From the NCBI GenBank assembly GCA_965235115.1, contig OZ249436.1:54438001-54502000 (forward strand): DNA of 64,000 nt, in the 5' to 3' direction. How positions within the stretch are numbered: position 1 is the first letter of the stretch; the number at the start of each line of letters is the position of its first letter. This document shows, piece after piece, positions 50,687 through 64,000 of the stretch. The notes beneath the pieces were generated by a model. That model saw nothing but the letters and a program-made list of their open reading frames with translations. It searched no databases and was not told where the DNA came from. Position numbers and translations under genes: made by a program. The DNA comes from Laetmonice hystrix. Taxonomy: Eukaryota.

Positions 50687-52574
50687 ACGGTGGCCAAACC
50701 GAAGCCACTGACCATTCCCCATCACTTGATGACAGTGCTCCTCAGGTGCTTTGTGTATGTGATACGCGGCAATGGGCAGCTCGCCCACCCGAGGCACCAG
50801 GGCCCTGTCCCCGTTAAAGCAGCCACATACCAAATAGTAGTGTGGTTGGCAAAGGATTCTTTTGTATTTCATGGATTTTTACTCGTTAACTTGCATTAAC
50901 AGCATAACTGATTTTGTCTGTAAATTGGATGCAGATCAAGAAACTCTCTTTTAACAACTGCTATGAGTTGTATGGTGCAATTTTACAGATCTGTTGTGTT
51001 CATGGTTGTGGCCATTCCTGGGATGGCCCAGGTGATGGCACTTTTTCAGAGCAGCTATCTTATAATTTATGCCTTGGTCGCACTAATACCAAAGATGCTT
51101 AACAGTTGGCTAGGGAACTATTTGCTATGGATGTCTTTACACATTCCGCAACATTGAAAAATGACAGATTTTTGAGGATCAGATTTACTGCAACAAGTAA
51201 TTCAGTAAAGATTTCAAAAGAAAAATCAGTGTTGCAAGATTAAGTTTAGATTTCAAAACTCCTGACAGTTAACTGAATTGTATTTTTTTAGGTGCCTGCC
51301 ATATTAATATTGAAGTCTACCTTTGACAGGTGGTGTACAAGCTTAAAAAAGAGAACGAAGATTGTTATTGCAGTACTTTGCCGAAGCTATTGTACACCCA
51401 GTGGGAGAAGGTGAAAGATTTGATGGGCGGTTCAGTATTGTAGTTGAGATTCATTACAGTGCTAAATTGAAGAATGTTCTTTTCGATTCAAGCATGTAAT
51501 AACAATTTTGCTCTTTGATACATGTTCTTTTCATGATAGAATGATTTACAGTAAAAGATGGATGTCAAGAAATGTGAGTAATGTGAAAATCAACAGTAGG
51601 TAGGAAACCTGTAGTGTTGCTCATCTCAGGTTTCAGTTAAAATTAACGTAATTTTATGATACGTCAGAAGAGGCCAAATTTGCAGTGTAATTGCATTTTT
51701 GGCGAAACACAAGCTCAGGAGGCAATTGTAGTGCATACGATAGTTGGAGGGAGATGATGTAAAATACCTGGCATTGCTATGTATCTCAACTCTGAAGATC
51801 TACTCAAAAACCTTGTTCTCAATCTCAAATTATGATGATTGGTCTGCATCAATACACACTTCTAAGTATTAAAGTCAACGTAACATTCGTTGTTTTTGCT
51901 CAGAAGCGGATTTATATCCCTGAATTATGCTGAGGAAAATTGAGGGGATAAGATAACCAACTTTCAAGTAGATGTGTTTCTTCATAATTAGGGAAGGAGA
52001 GGGTAACCCCGGGTGTTGGCATTTTTACGAAGTTTGTGGTGGGTTTTCGATCAGCCAGGAAGTAATGGGAAAACGTCACACTGTAGAATGGCCCCCTGCC
52101 CCAACTTCCTCGTGCCGGTCATGCTCGCAATCTTTTCAGAATTCAATTTCGCCGGTTTGCGAGGGGGCGAAGGCAGCGTGTCCGGTTGTCGACATCCGCG
52201 TTTAAAAAAAAGTGCTAAATCTGGTTGTGTGGCCTGGGACCAAAATCCCATCGGACGATAATCATTTAGATATCAATGAATAAGTAAAACTGACATATTA
52301 TAGGATCGTGGCTGAATGATAGACATGGGTAGATATTTTTGTGTGTGGGTGGAGGTGGATGAATTTTGAAATCCCCTGAACCCTGATGTAGCGCGATTAT
52401 TTGTTATGACAGGTAGTGCCCGACACCTGGAAGGTTCAGCGAAGGTGAAATGAAAATGACTAGTGGAACAGGTTGGCGTACATGTAATCTTAAAGGCGCA
52501 GGCGATCTATTTGTAGATCCCGTCAGGTCATGCTCCCTGGTGGACCAGTAAATAACTTTGACAGTCAGGCAGGT

Positions 52575-52900
52575 TAATGGTGTCCAGTGGAGGGGGGGAG
52601 TTAGTGAGGGGTTTAACTGGTGTCCAATGAGGGGGGGGGGGGGGTTAGTGAGGGGTTTAACTGGTGTCAAATGAAGGGTGGGACTGGCCGGTGTCAGTGA
52701 GGGGCTGAACTGGTGTCAAATGAAGGGTGGGGCTGGTGTCCATGCAGTGAGGGGTGGGCCGGTGTCAGTGAGGGGTTGAACTGGTGTCAAATGAAGGGTG
52801 GGACTGGCCGGTGTCAATGAGGGGTTGACCGGGTGTCAAATGAAGGGTGGGAGTGTATGCAGTGAGGGGTGGGCCGATCTCAGTGAGGATGTCCAGTCAG
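52575..52900. repeat. Degenerate G-rich tandem repeat
   Basis: Recurrent gtgaggggttgaactggtgtcaaatgaagggtggg. Confidence 0.75.
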
Positions 52901-53860
52901 GGTTACGAGGGTAGGGCCGCTGTGACCGCTGACTGAGTGTGGGCAGGTGTTGTCCTCATTCCGACGTTATGGCCTGCCAAACCGAACCAAGAGTTAGCGC
53001 GCCGTGACAAGATCTGTCCTTTCCGTCCAGCTAGCCGACCGCCGTGGCCACAGGATGTGTCTTCCCTTCTAGTGATTTCGCATGCCTATAGTCATAATAT
53101 TTTTTAGCAGTAACGTAGCATTGCTACCCCCCCCCCCCCCCCGAACTGAGCAACTTGATACCGTATCGTTTCAGAGGAAAGGCATCACTCTTATAGCATG
53201 GCTAATTTAAACACAAACCGACCACAGTTGCCCTTCATGATAGGTTATCATTGAAACTTTTGGTCAGGTGCCCCCAACCCTTTACAATATCCAATATTAT
53301 AAATAGGCGTAATATACGACACTGCCCAGCCTATAGCTTGTCCGTACACTGGGGTATATGCCGTGCATTTGGCCGTGGTGGCACCTGACTTGGAAGTCGA
53401 ACGAGAACAAGATGACACCTCGATAGGCCTATTAATTATAGAGTCTGTATGGCATATATTATACGGTGTTATATACCAGAGTCTCGATGTGTTATATAAT
53501 ACATGGTCTCCATTATATATATGTATGAGTCTGTATAGATGACTGAGTATGACTCTGATATAGTGCTACACTCGTGACGATGTGAGACTCCTGTCACTAC
53601 ATTCATGACCTGTCATGCGTAAATGTGGCGCTGAGTGTTCACTTGTTCACCCCCACCCCCCCCCCCCCCCACCCCCCCCCCACCCCCCCCCACCCCCACC
53701 CAGCCCCCCACCCCACCCCACCCCACCCCACCCCACCCCCCTCCGCAATCACTGCCGTCACCATCCGCATACCGGTGCCAGGACGAGGGGGCAATTTGAT
53801 TAGTTCCAACCAACAGGTGAAAGCCGCGCCAACCGCTCGACCCGGGCGATAGTAATATGA

Positions 53861-53919
53861 CCATATATGGAAAGCGAAAACTGGAGCTTACTGCAGATCA
53901 GAAGGATGCCCTTATATGG
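53861..53919. promoter_or_regulatory. Orphan twin CArG module (CCATATATGG, CCTTATATGG)
   Basis: Two perfect CArG boxes 49 bp apart, about 3.2 kb downstream of the actin B stop. Confidence 0.5.
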
Positions 53920-55564
53920 TCATATTGAATATTCATGAGCTTTGGCTGGAACCGCCGTGGTCGTGTGGTCGGGCGACAGTCCTGCAGGAAGAGACCAGCA
54001 GAGGAGAGCGGTTGGTTGCCCAGGAATGATTGTCGTTGGGGACAAGGGTGGGCGGTGGGGGTGGGGGGACGCGGGGGGTCGTTAACCTTTAGGTGGGCAG
54101 TCACGTGGGACCACGGCAGTTCGAATACGTATGTAGGACACTCGTCACCCGGGAGATGAAATGACTCAAGGCCGACGCCTGTCGACCATCTCAAAGGGTT
54201 AACCATTCTGCCGCACAGGAAAGGGAAATGTCTAGATCTAGCGCCAGGGAGCATATTTAAATAAAGTGGGTCAGGAGGGTGGGACCAGGCTCACCCGGAC
54301 GGACTGCTTACAGCCTATCATCAATGATTTTTGTAATAATTGATACGTAATTTAAAAAATGAAAGCAAACCGTGCAATTATCCGCAAAGCATCGAGCGTT
54401 AAGATGTACGCATGTATGCCATTACGGTATAGGCGATAAGTCACGACTAAATACTGCCTCCTCCACCCTATAACGGGTCCGAGTTTACCAGGTTGACATG
54501 ATCAGCATGCAAATGTCTTTTATTGCTGGGTCTATAATATTCCAGGCGCTCCACGGTTGCCCAGTCGGCTGTCGAGGCTATGTTACTTTTAACCCTTGGA
54601 CGGCTGTAATATCGAGTGTCTCCATACAGACACGGTCTTGGTCCAGTTCAAAATGTATTAGGCCTATTATAATACATCAATACCAAAAGCTGCATGCGCC
54701 AACTCGGTCGGGTAAACAAGAATAACATTTTTGTTCCACGCCGCCAGACATCGCCTTTAGATATTCTCTGTCGGTCGGAAACATGCATGACTTTTTTTTT
54801 AATTTAGTTTATTTATTCTGGAAGTGTTTTTGGCACATAAATTTGATACCAGTTTTCAAACCCGTCCAGGGCGCATTATGTGTTTAGGGAAATAAAGTCA
54901 CAATTTTACCCCCTTTTTCAATCGATCAAATGATACCCAAAACTGCTAAAACTTCTGTCCAAGGATAACGACAGCTGCTGTGAAGGAACCCTGTATATAG
55001 TTCCATGCCGTGCAACATGCATGGGCTATTTGGCCATCTGGCCATGTTTTGCCTATCAGCCCTTTTTTGTCACCTTCCTTTCCCAGAGTTCGCGCGGTAG
55101 ATTAATTTTTTTATTAATTAGACCTATTTACATACATGTATACTATATCGGGTGCCAATTTTCAAGTCTGTAGGCCTTCACTTAGAACATAACCCCCAAA
55201 CGAGCTCCGTGTATGGGGTTGTTGTAGGCCTATTTAGCGGTTGGAATTACCGCGTGTGCAAAACGACCTCTTCTGGTCTGAGGGTCGGCGTTCTGATCGT
55301 TCGCACCACCAGTCCCGAACCAAAGCAGAGCGGGAACCCTCTCAGCTCCCAACATGGCAACCGACTCCCTAGCAACACAACAATAGGCCTCCCCACCCCA
55401 CCCCACCCCACACCACCCCACTCCTGACCTAACCTCCCTCGACCCTTCCTGCCAATGTAGGGCGAACTCGACTATGTCACCATGTCGCCGGCTGCAACAG
55501 TCAGCCGATAGCCCAGTTATAGCAAAGCTTACTCGACCGTAAAAAGCTCTATTTAGGCCCGTAC

Positions 55565-56127
55565 TACGGTGGCCCGTAAGGGACATTAATTTCTATAATG
55601 GACATTTCATTTTATTTTGGGACTTATTGCATTTTTATAACTTTCCACCGGGGAGAAAAGTATACTTCCGCGGAGAAAAGTATAACTCCACAGAGAAAAG
55701 TATAATTCCGTGGAGAAAAGTATATTCCGTGGAATTATATTTCCTCCGACGAGAAAAGTATAATTCCACAGACAATATTTTGTCCGCGGAAATTTTTCTC
55801 CGTGGAATTTTATTTTTCTGCACGGAGAAAAGTATAACTTCCACGGAATATGCTTTTCTCCACGGAATTATACTTTTCTCTGCGGAGTTATACTTTTCTC
55901 CGCGGAATTATACTTTTCTGCATGGAGTTGTGTTCTAAGTAACTAGGTACTTTTCCTTGTACGAATAAAATAATCATAATAATGGAATATACTTTTCTCC
56001 GCGGAATTATACTTTTCTCCGCGGAAATATACTTTTCTCCGCGATGAAAAGCGATAAAAATCCAGTAAGTCCCAAAATAAAATGAAATGACCATTACAGA
56101 AATTAATCTGCCTTTTGGGCCACCGTA
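55565..56127. mobile_element. TA-flanked foldback MITE with inverted arrays of ~21-bp subrepeats
   Basis: TACGGTGGCCC...GGGCCACCGTA with ~65-bp TIRs; cggagaaaagtataattcc repeats on the left are mirrored on the right. Confidence 0.75.
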
Positions 56128-58228
56128 TTACACTGCATGACCCACTGCATGCCGCTCGATCTGGTTATATATGAAAGCAAGTATAGGCTATGCATGCATG
56201 GTAGTGGCGAATCGGGGGGGGGGGGGGTCAAGGGGGTTAGCCCCCCCCCTCCCGGCGTCAACTCTTCTCTTTTCCCCGTAAGTACAGCTTTCTGAATTAA
56301 CCGTGTTACCCCCCCCCCCCAACCTCCCACCCCTTGCCAGATTCCCCCCATGGACCACCCGCCCTTCCAAATCCCTGGGTCCGCCCCTGATGGAGAATAT
56401 TATAGAGAATCTATACGCCTATATACGTATTCCTGGGACGCGTTTGAGTAAAAGGACGTCGTAAATATATATAATTATAATTATTGTATTATACAAGCAG
56501 ATGTCGATCCATTTGAAAGTTGAGGCGTGCATGGGATCTGTTAAAATTGTGTCCCTTTTCTCCCTCCTTTTCAAGCTATTTTGTTCCTGTTTGGCCTAGG
56601 CCTATGAATTCACGTGTCATTGAGCAAAATTATATTAGGGCCTATAATTATCATTATAGAAACCCCGGCTATAGGGCTCTCCATGCATGCAGTGCATGCA
56701 GGCTTGGGGTCCGCACTTTTTCTCTGTCTGATCAAATAGATCTATATACCTATCAGGAGTAGACTATATCTGCACGGGGAGCCTCAGCCCTTTCCGTTTT
56801 AGTGTTTGCCGCCGAGATACGTCTCGAGTTCAAAATGTTTGCGTGCACTGGGAAGTACAAATGTTGATTTATGGTATTATAGAGAGCAATCTGACATAAA
56901 TCGGTTTTACACTTCTCGGGCCTGCTGGCTGGATGCCAAAGATGCCAGTCTGTGTTCGCCGGTCACAAGGCCTGCATGCCGCAGTCCACAACGCGGACAT
57001 GTGGACAGGCCATGCAGATAGCTGGAAGCTACTGCGAGTTCACACCATCCATGGAATGGTGTACTACAATGTATTTTTGGGGGAGCGAATAGGTTTGGTC
57101 ACAGAACCCCAAACGCTAGATATTAGGCATCCTCCCCCGCTCGGGGTATGCCCCTTGACAACTCAAGATGGATATTAGGCTACTGCTGTCAAGCCATCGC
57201 TTATGACAAGCCATCGCAAACGGCCCCACCCAACGCTGTAGTACGCCTACAATCATGTAAGATTGCGTTTACACAAAGGTCCCCCTTTGCCTATATACAT
57301 TTCATGTAGGTCTTCCGTTGGCCCCCGAATGAGTCACGCCCGCTCAGCCAGTATTACTAAGACATCCTGCACGCTCATTATAAATCCACAGGTAGCAGGT
57401 AATATACCTGAGCTCCAAGAAAGGCACACGAATGACTAATGCACTCAGAATAAGTTGCATAAGTATAGTTCCGCACAAAAGGTCGGTTTTACGAAGAAAA
57501 TACCTTATTGCCTGAACGGTATTTAGGCCTGTATAGGCCTTATAGGCCTATAGATCCTCGGCCCTTCGTGTTCGTGGCCCTTTCCCAATAAGGCATTGCA
57601 CCTTGAAACGTTGATCCGTGCAAAAATATATATATAGGCTAGACCTCGTGAAGATATTGTTAGTCGATTATTGACCTATAATACCCATTCTTATAATAAA
57701 TCTAAGAATACGGAATAGGCATATAATAGGGGCCTACACGTAGGCCTAGTCGTTCTATAGGCCTACACGAGCACAGTGACACAGGTCGAGGCCTATTATA
57801 AGGATTTTCTTTTGTAACTCCATAATATCAATATGCCTCGACTCATTTGAACATGCGTATATGCCCAGTTCAATAAAATATCCATATTCATCGTGATATG
57901 TCAGCTCGGGTCTATTAACAGTGTATTATTCACGCCTCGTCAGACTGTTGGGGATAGCACGGAACAGGGTGCGGGTGGGGTAGATTCTTTATGTGGGCGT
58001 ATAGGGGTATAGGCATAGGGTTAAAGGTATAGTATCTCACTGGGCTGCGACAGCTCAATGTCCTAGCTTTTCTGGATGTAGGCCTAGACATATAGTGTGA
58101 TCGGCCCCTACGCCAGGCTACGGTCTGTATCATGCTGACCAACGCAACAGAAGCGGAAGTGCTTGGAGATTTAAAAGCAACTTCCTTCCGGTTGTCGGTT
58201 TTCTGACAAGACTTTTAGTGAAATGACC

Positions 58229-58517
58229 GCCCCGGTTTCAGAAAGGCGCTATAAGCAGCAAGCTTGAAGCGAGGCAGGGCTACGGTGGCCCACGAGGACA
58301 CAGACACTTTATCTTTATACATTGATTTTCATGGATATTTTCACATCAGTGCAAATATCACCATGGTGAAAATATTACCACCACGTTTATTTCTGTGAAA
58401 ATATCGATGAAAATCAATCTAGAAAGATAAAAACAGTAACGGTTTTTGTCCCTATGGGCTGCAGTAGCTCTGCTTAGCTTAAAGCCTGCTGCTTGGAGCC
58501 TTTCTGAAACTGGGCCC
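58229..58517. mobile_element. Harbinger-like MITE containing a TACGGTGGCCC-family MITE (58281-58466)
   Basis: cccggtttcagaaagg...cctttctgaaactgggccc; the inner element's terminus matches the 55565 element. Confidence 0.6.
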
Positions 58518-58990
58518 AGGCTGGCCTAACATAGTGGACGCGTCTGTTAGACAGGGGACCAGGCTAACATCAGTTGGAGATCAAATTGTTTGAAAAAAAC
58601 GCACGCCAATCGCAGACTGATCGACTACCAGTCGCCAACCAGTCTCCTACCACTCTCCTATATATGCCTACCGCTCTGTTAGGTACTAATCTACGACTAA
58701 CATTTCTGGACACTGGTCATAGAAAGGTTGCATGCGATTTACCTTCAGCCAGTCGCCGACCGGTGGCAAGTAGGCCCGAGGTGTGACCCTAGCTTTAGGG
58801 GACTTTCCCTGCGAGATGGTCACGTCCATGTGATTTTGATCACTATTTTATTTTACTGTTGGAATCAAAGGGTGGAAACCGTTTCCAGAAACAAGGAAGG
58901 CCACCCAGGAAAAAATACAGAATGGACCATTAGGGCCTAAATCAAAAATCTCGCAAGCGAAGTCGCAAGTCCTTTCCTTGCATGTAGGCC

Positions 58991-59456
58991 TAGCCTGGTC
59001 CCCAGCTCTATATTGACTACGTATATTGAGCCTGGTGAAGGCTAATCGAAGCATGCATTGTGATTGGCCCATCGAAAACATGGACGCAAACGAGGTAGTT
59101 CCGTATACCCTCCGTATTTCTCCAACAAGATACAGATATTTTCGTCAATCCCTTTAAATAAATACATTTAAATTTTAATAAAATTTAAATTTTACATTAA
59201 TGTCCTCGCTTTTCTGGATGTAAAAATAGCGTACTCGGTCCCCACACCTGCTATGGTCTGCATACGCATGGGCATGTTGGCCACTCCCGGCCACGCTCCA
59301 AGCAGAAGTCGGTCACTCTGTTAACGCTGACCAACGGAACGGAAGCGGAAGTGCTTGGAGATTAATCACTTCCGTTTCGCAGCTTTCTGTTTGCGAGCAC
59401 CTGGCCTAACATAACGGATGCGTATGGTAGGCCTATAGGCACAGGGAACCAGGCTA
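58991..59456. mobile_element. TAGCCTGG...CCAGGCTA (Academ-like termini) element; related copies at ~58120-58566 and 61862-61931
   Basis: Shared termini and internal motifs (tctatattgactacgtata; gctgaccaacg..gaagcggaagtgcttggagatt; ctggcctaacata). Confidence 0.5.
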
Positions 59457-62069
59457 ATGTAGGCCTACCATCAAATGTCTTCATTTCCGCATCAAATACA
59501 CCAACGGTTGTCTGTCGTACATTATATGGGTGAATCAAACCTGTACCCATTTCCATGACATGTAGACTCAGACCTCATAACCTACAGACAGCCTCAGTAC
59601 ATGTATATTTTGTGACTTTTATGTGGAAATTTGCTTTATCATAGTGCCTGCAAGTATTCTAAAATAAGGACTGAATAACTGCTTGAATAGAGGAAACAAG
59701 TTTTTACCTTTCAGAATCCAGGAAATGAGGAAAAAACTGAGTATAGACAAAGTACAATGTTATTGTATAATGCCATTACAGTCAAAGTGTTGTGGTGTAG
59801 GTCTACATGGTTGAATAGGGCAGCAGAAAAAGTATGAAAAAGTATAATTTGGCAAAAAGCAAAAAAAGTATAGCCTACTTTTAAAAAAAAGTAAGAAGTG
59901 GCAGCACTGCGAATATTTATCTCAATTCAAATAGGGCCAGGCCTAATTAGCCTCTAGAGCCTTATCCGTACACTTTGGGCCTACCGTTCTCCGCCCGGTC
60001 TGACTCTTGGATTTGGTGATAAACCCGCCAGAATCAATCTCATTCTCCTGGTATGCACGCATGTCTAACGACTTGACGGTGGTGTGACCTCTGCCCCCTA
60101 CCGCTGCGACAATTCACACCGCGTCACGGTGACGTCTGCGCCCCATCTGGCGCCGTGTTCGCAGCGGCCTCTGGCGGTGGGACGATGAGTTAGCACGTCC
60201 TGGCTACGTCTGCTCGGTCCAGCTGACGTCGTGTTCGCAACGTGTCGGGTAGGCGTTCACATGGCCGCGACGCCGGCTTGGAAACACGGCGACTGAGTCT
60301 GGGACGATAAATAAAGGAAGTGGGATCACATCACCGCCACATCTGTGCCACCTCTATAGCCGGGCCTATCTCCCGCCGCCCCTTGGTATAGGCCTACTGA
60401 GGACGGTTTACTCACGTTCATGTCACTGTAACCGTTTGACGCTGTCCGCACGTCCAAGTTGTGCTCCGATGTAAACTTTAAGAATGAGTCATCAATTCAT
60501 GCTATAGGCCTACCAAACAAGAAGGCTTCCATGCCAGCTGCATGACACTAACACTAACACTAACACACATTAAAGTAGGCCTAGGCCTATAGGCTATAGG
60601 CTACGTAAGGCGCTAGGCCTATTCTGACGAAAATCTGACTGGCCCCGGCCCACGTAGGTATACCCCACCCCCCGTATCTAACGCTTTCAATGGAGCTTTA
60701 TAATGAACCGTAACGCTTGGACATACCCCCCTACCCAGCCCCCCCCCCCCCCAGCGTTATAGGCACCGGCTACGTATAGGCCCTAATTAGCTGCCTAGGC
60801 TAATTTCTTCTATGTTTTTATGGGCAGACCTCCCAACCCCCGCAGTAACGGCCGGCCTCGGCCAAATTCTCTTCAAATTTAGGCCTACGGTCCTGGCGTT
60901 CAATATGGCATTCGGCCTATAGGCCTACGTGGAATAATTAGATCTATACCCTTGGACGAACAATAGCATGTCTTTAGTCTAGACTTCTTGATATTATAAT
61001 TAAGGCTAAAGTGATACATATTTATCTACAATGATAAAGACGTGTAGACTAGGCCTACACAAATATGACATTATGATAGGGTAGGTGGTAGATCTACACC
61101 CAACGCCGAACATGGCCTCTGCATAGATAAACGATTGCATTAATTGACACCATAATAGCGTTTAAACAAAAAGCGACAGATGACTAATGACCTGGTTGGT
61201 CGAGATCTGATTTAGACCTTAATGACACCCCACCCGCTACACCAGACAGACGGACTGACGAACCGGTGCCGGTCAGTGGACGCGTCCACAGCCCTGCGGT
61301 CTGGTGCTTGAATCACTCGCTCACCAGCTGAGCACATTGTCATTATCATAATTAAGGCCAATGATGTCACTTCGGCTCCCATGCCATGCTCATCACCCCC
61401 TCCCAGAAACACCCTCCTCCGCTCCCAACCTCCCACCCCATCCACTCCTGCCCGACATAAATAGGAGATTCCAGGCACGTTGAAAACTCCTGCTGCCCCC
61501 TGGAAGCCTGCGAGGAAGCCGTCCCCTCGTTGATGGACGCGCCATCTGGAAGCAATGAATCGAACCACATAAACCCGACCTCGGCCAGCGGGATCCTCAA
61601 ACAAGGGTCACCTGCGCCGGCTATTTCAACGGAATTCCATATATGGATCATTGCCCTTGAGGACATAAAAAAGGCTATACTATTCAGCCTAATCTCCTAC
61701 TAAAACAATTTGAAAGCCGTGTTATATAGGCCTACAGGTGCCTGTTGGAGCTGAGACGGTGTTCAGGCGATGAGAGTTAGTAGCCTACCCACGTAATCAG
61801 ATTTCACGTAATCAGATTTTATGGGGTTGTCTTTGTGGTTCAGATTTATCTGCGACTCTGATAGCCTGGTCCTCAGGTCTATATTGACTACGTATATATA
61901 GCGGACGCGTGTTTGGCAGGAGACCAGGCTACGATCCACTCTGAGAGAACCCTGCCGGTGGTGCCATCTGCCGGATGTTTTAACCGTATATCCGGCAACT
62001 AGCGCCATCTTTACTTGAAGGGGCTTACAACTAGAACTGGAAGGTGCGGCCACTAAATTAATCCCGGGA

Positions 62070-62237
62070 CAGGGGCAGATGCAGGAGTTTGCAAGGGGAA
62101 GGGGGGGGGGGGCTCAGTGGTAAACTAGCAGCTTGATCACCGCAGGTGCTCCACGCGGAGGCTGGGTGCTTGTCCCCACAAACCTTTTTTTTTCAATCAA
62201 AAAGGGGGGCCTCTAAGTTCCCCTGGATCAGCCCCAG
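62070..62237. mobile_element. hAT5-like MITE (CGGGA TSD)
   Basis: CAGGGGCAGATGCAGG...CCTGGATCAGCCCCAG; CGGGA on both flanks. Confidence 0.6.
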
Positions 62238-63159
62238 CGGGAGGGTGTTCAAACCTCCCTAACATTTTGTAGATATTATATATTTCAGGCGGTTCAACAC
62301 TATTTTTCTCCGTAAATTACAGGACTTATTTTTCTGTCGACAGTTGGGATAATAAATCTACTACAATGTATTAGGATTTTTAGGTTAATTGAATTTATGA
62401 ATTCTGAACTGTTTGGAGAATCTCAACAGATGGGAGATGAAAGCTACCAACGAGAGGCAACCCTCCGACATTTCCTTCAAACGTGGGATATTCTCACCGA
62501 TGGTCATCCGTTCAGGGACAGCGTGGGTGGGTCAGGGACAGGGACACTAAACATAACTCAACACAACATGATGTCTCACAATCAAACTTCTTTGGTACAT
62601 CAAATGTATGTCATCACCTGGACACAACACTGGAAAATACCGCAAGTTTGCTTAATAGAAGCATACCCACTGAAGAAAAATTCTGGCACTGGGGAGAAAT
62701 AAAGTACACACCTAACAGTTATATAGACCTCAAAACGAAGCACTTGTTGATTTAGATTACAATACAGCAGTTTATTTATTTATCTTATTTTGTGAAAATA
62801 ACGGCAAGACTCCTAAGTATTGCGTTTAATTTGATCAACGTCTAAATCTCTGACCTCATAGTACATAACCTTTCATCTAGCCATGCCCATCATTTACGTC
62901 ATCACACATTATCATAATTCATTAGTCATTGTTAATTACAAAATGTACACATAGTTGGAACACTTGAAAAGATATCTGCTGCAGTAACACATACCACTGA
63001 AACGATGTACACAACCCATGGAATGGCGCTCCATAATTGCCTGAATGCGGAAACGGGTGACTAAGGTAGCCTGCTGGGGTCTGCTCAGAAGCCGAGTGCT
63101 TGGTAAAAGGTATACCCCCCCATCCCATTCGTGCCCCCTCAAGATATGGGGTCCCCATC

Positions 63160-64000
63160 AATGGGCCCGTCACGGTATGGGCCTCAACGAGCCTTCCCAT
63201 CCCTGGGCCCGTCACGGTATGGGCCCCAACTAGCCTTCCCATCCCTGAGCCCGTCACGGTATGGGCCCCAATTAGCCTTCCCATCCCTGGGCCCGTCAGT
63301 ATAGGCCCGCCTTCCCATCCCTGTGCCCGTCAGTATGGGCCCCAACTAGCCTTCCCATCCCTGTGCCCGTCAGTATGGGCCCCAACTAGCCTTCCCATCC
63401 CCGGGCCCGTCAGTATGGGCCCCAACTAGCCTTCCTATCCCTGGGCCCGTCACGGTATGGGCCCCAACTAGCCTTCCCATCCCTGTGCCCGTCACGGCAT
63501 GGGCCCCAACTACCCTTCCCATCCCTGGGCCCGTCATGGTATGGGCCCCAACTAGCCTTCCCATACTTAGGCCCGTCACGGTATGGGCCCCAACTAGCCT
63601 TCCCATCCCTGTGCTCGTCAGTATGGGCCCCAACTAGCCTTCCCATCCCTGTGCCCGTCACGGTATGGGCCCCAACTAGCCTTCCCATACTTGGGCCCGT
63701 CACGGTATGGGCCCCAACTAGCGTTCCCATCCCTGTGCCCGTCACGGTATGGGCCCCAACTATCCTTCCCATCCCTGTGCCCGTCACGATATGGGCCCCA
63801 ACTAGCCTTCCCATCCCTGGGCCCGTCACGGTATGGGCCCCACCTAGCCTTCCTATCCCTGGGCCCGTCAAGGTATGGGACCCAACTATCCTTCCCATTC
63901 CTGTGCCCGTCAGTATGGGCCCCAACTAGCCTTCCCATCCCTGTGCCCGTCACGATATGGGTTCCAACTATAGCCTTCCCATCCCTGGGCCCGTCACGAT
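63160..64000. repeat. Minisatellite, ~20 copies of a 40/42-bp unit, running off the window end
   Basis: Unit gggcccgtca(cg)gtatgggccccaactagccttcccatccct. Confidence 0.95.

Noticed and set aside
53613..53864. Pro-rich and Gly-rich ORFs
   Set aside because: They come from a low-complexity (CCCCA)n/poly-C tract, which may form a G-quadruplex on the minus strand but is not coding.
62922..63953. Several repetitive ORFs (GPGMGRLVGAHTVT; PVTVWAPTSLPIP)
   Set aside because: They come from the 40/42-bp minisatellite; the 40-bp variants break the frame and there are no supporting splice signals.

Overview
This is eukaryotic DNA from an invertebrate animal (spliceosomal GT-AG introns, many small transposons); the species cannot be identified from the sequence. 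I rebuilt three + strand protein-coding genes by hand. (1) A CCPG1/PBXIP1-family ER-phagy receptor with 11 coding exons (CDS 11453-31686, about 1295 aa): N-terminal LIR and FIR-like motifs, one transmembrane helix, coiled coil and a long sequon-rich luminal tail. (2) and (3) Two tandem 376-aa actin genes (37799-39479 and 48773-50686), each with a TATA box, a likely non-coding first exon and CArG boxes. The rest is introns and intergenic DNA with minisatellites and non-autonomous DNA transposons (Kolobok-like TTAA, EnSpm-like, Harbinger-like and 5-bp-TSD hAT5-like), several of them nested, plus a tRNA-derived SINE. The strongest observations are a ~50-copy 49-bp minisatellite built from the CCPG1 intron/exon junction, in which the copies act as decoy 3' splice sites followed by an in-frame stop; a sharply mosaic gene-conversion pattern between the two actins that spares the isoform-defining codons; ER-stress-type motifs around CCPG1; and an orphan twin-CArG module downstream of the actins. 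I saw no prokaryote-type system such as CRISPR or a defence operon. Most long ORFs in the supplied track are repeat or antisense artefacts.
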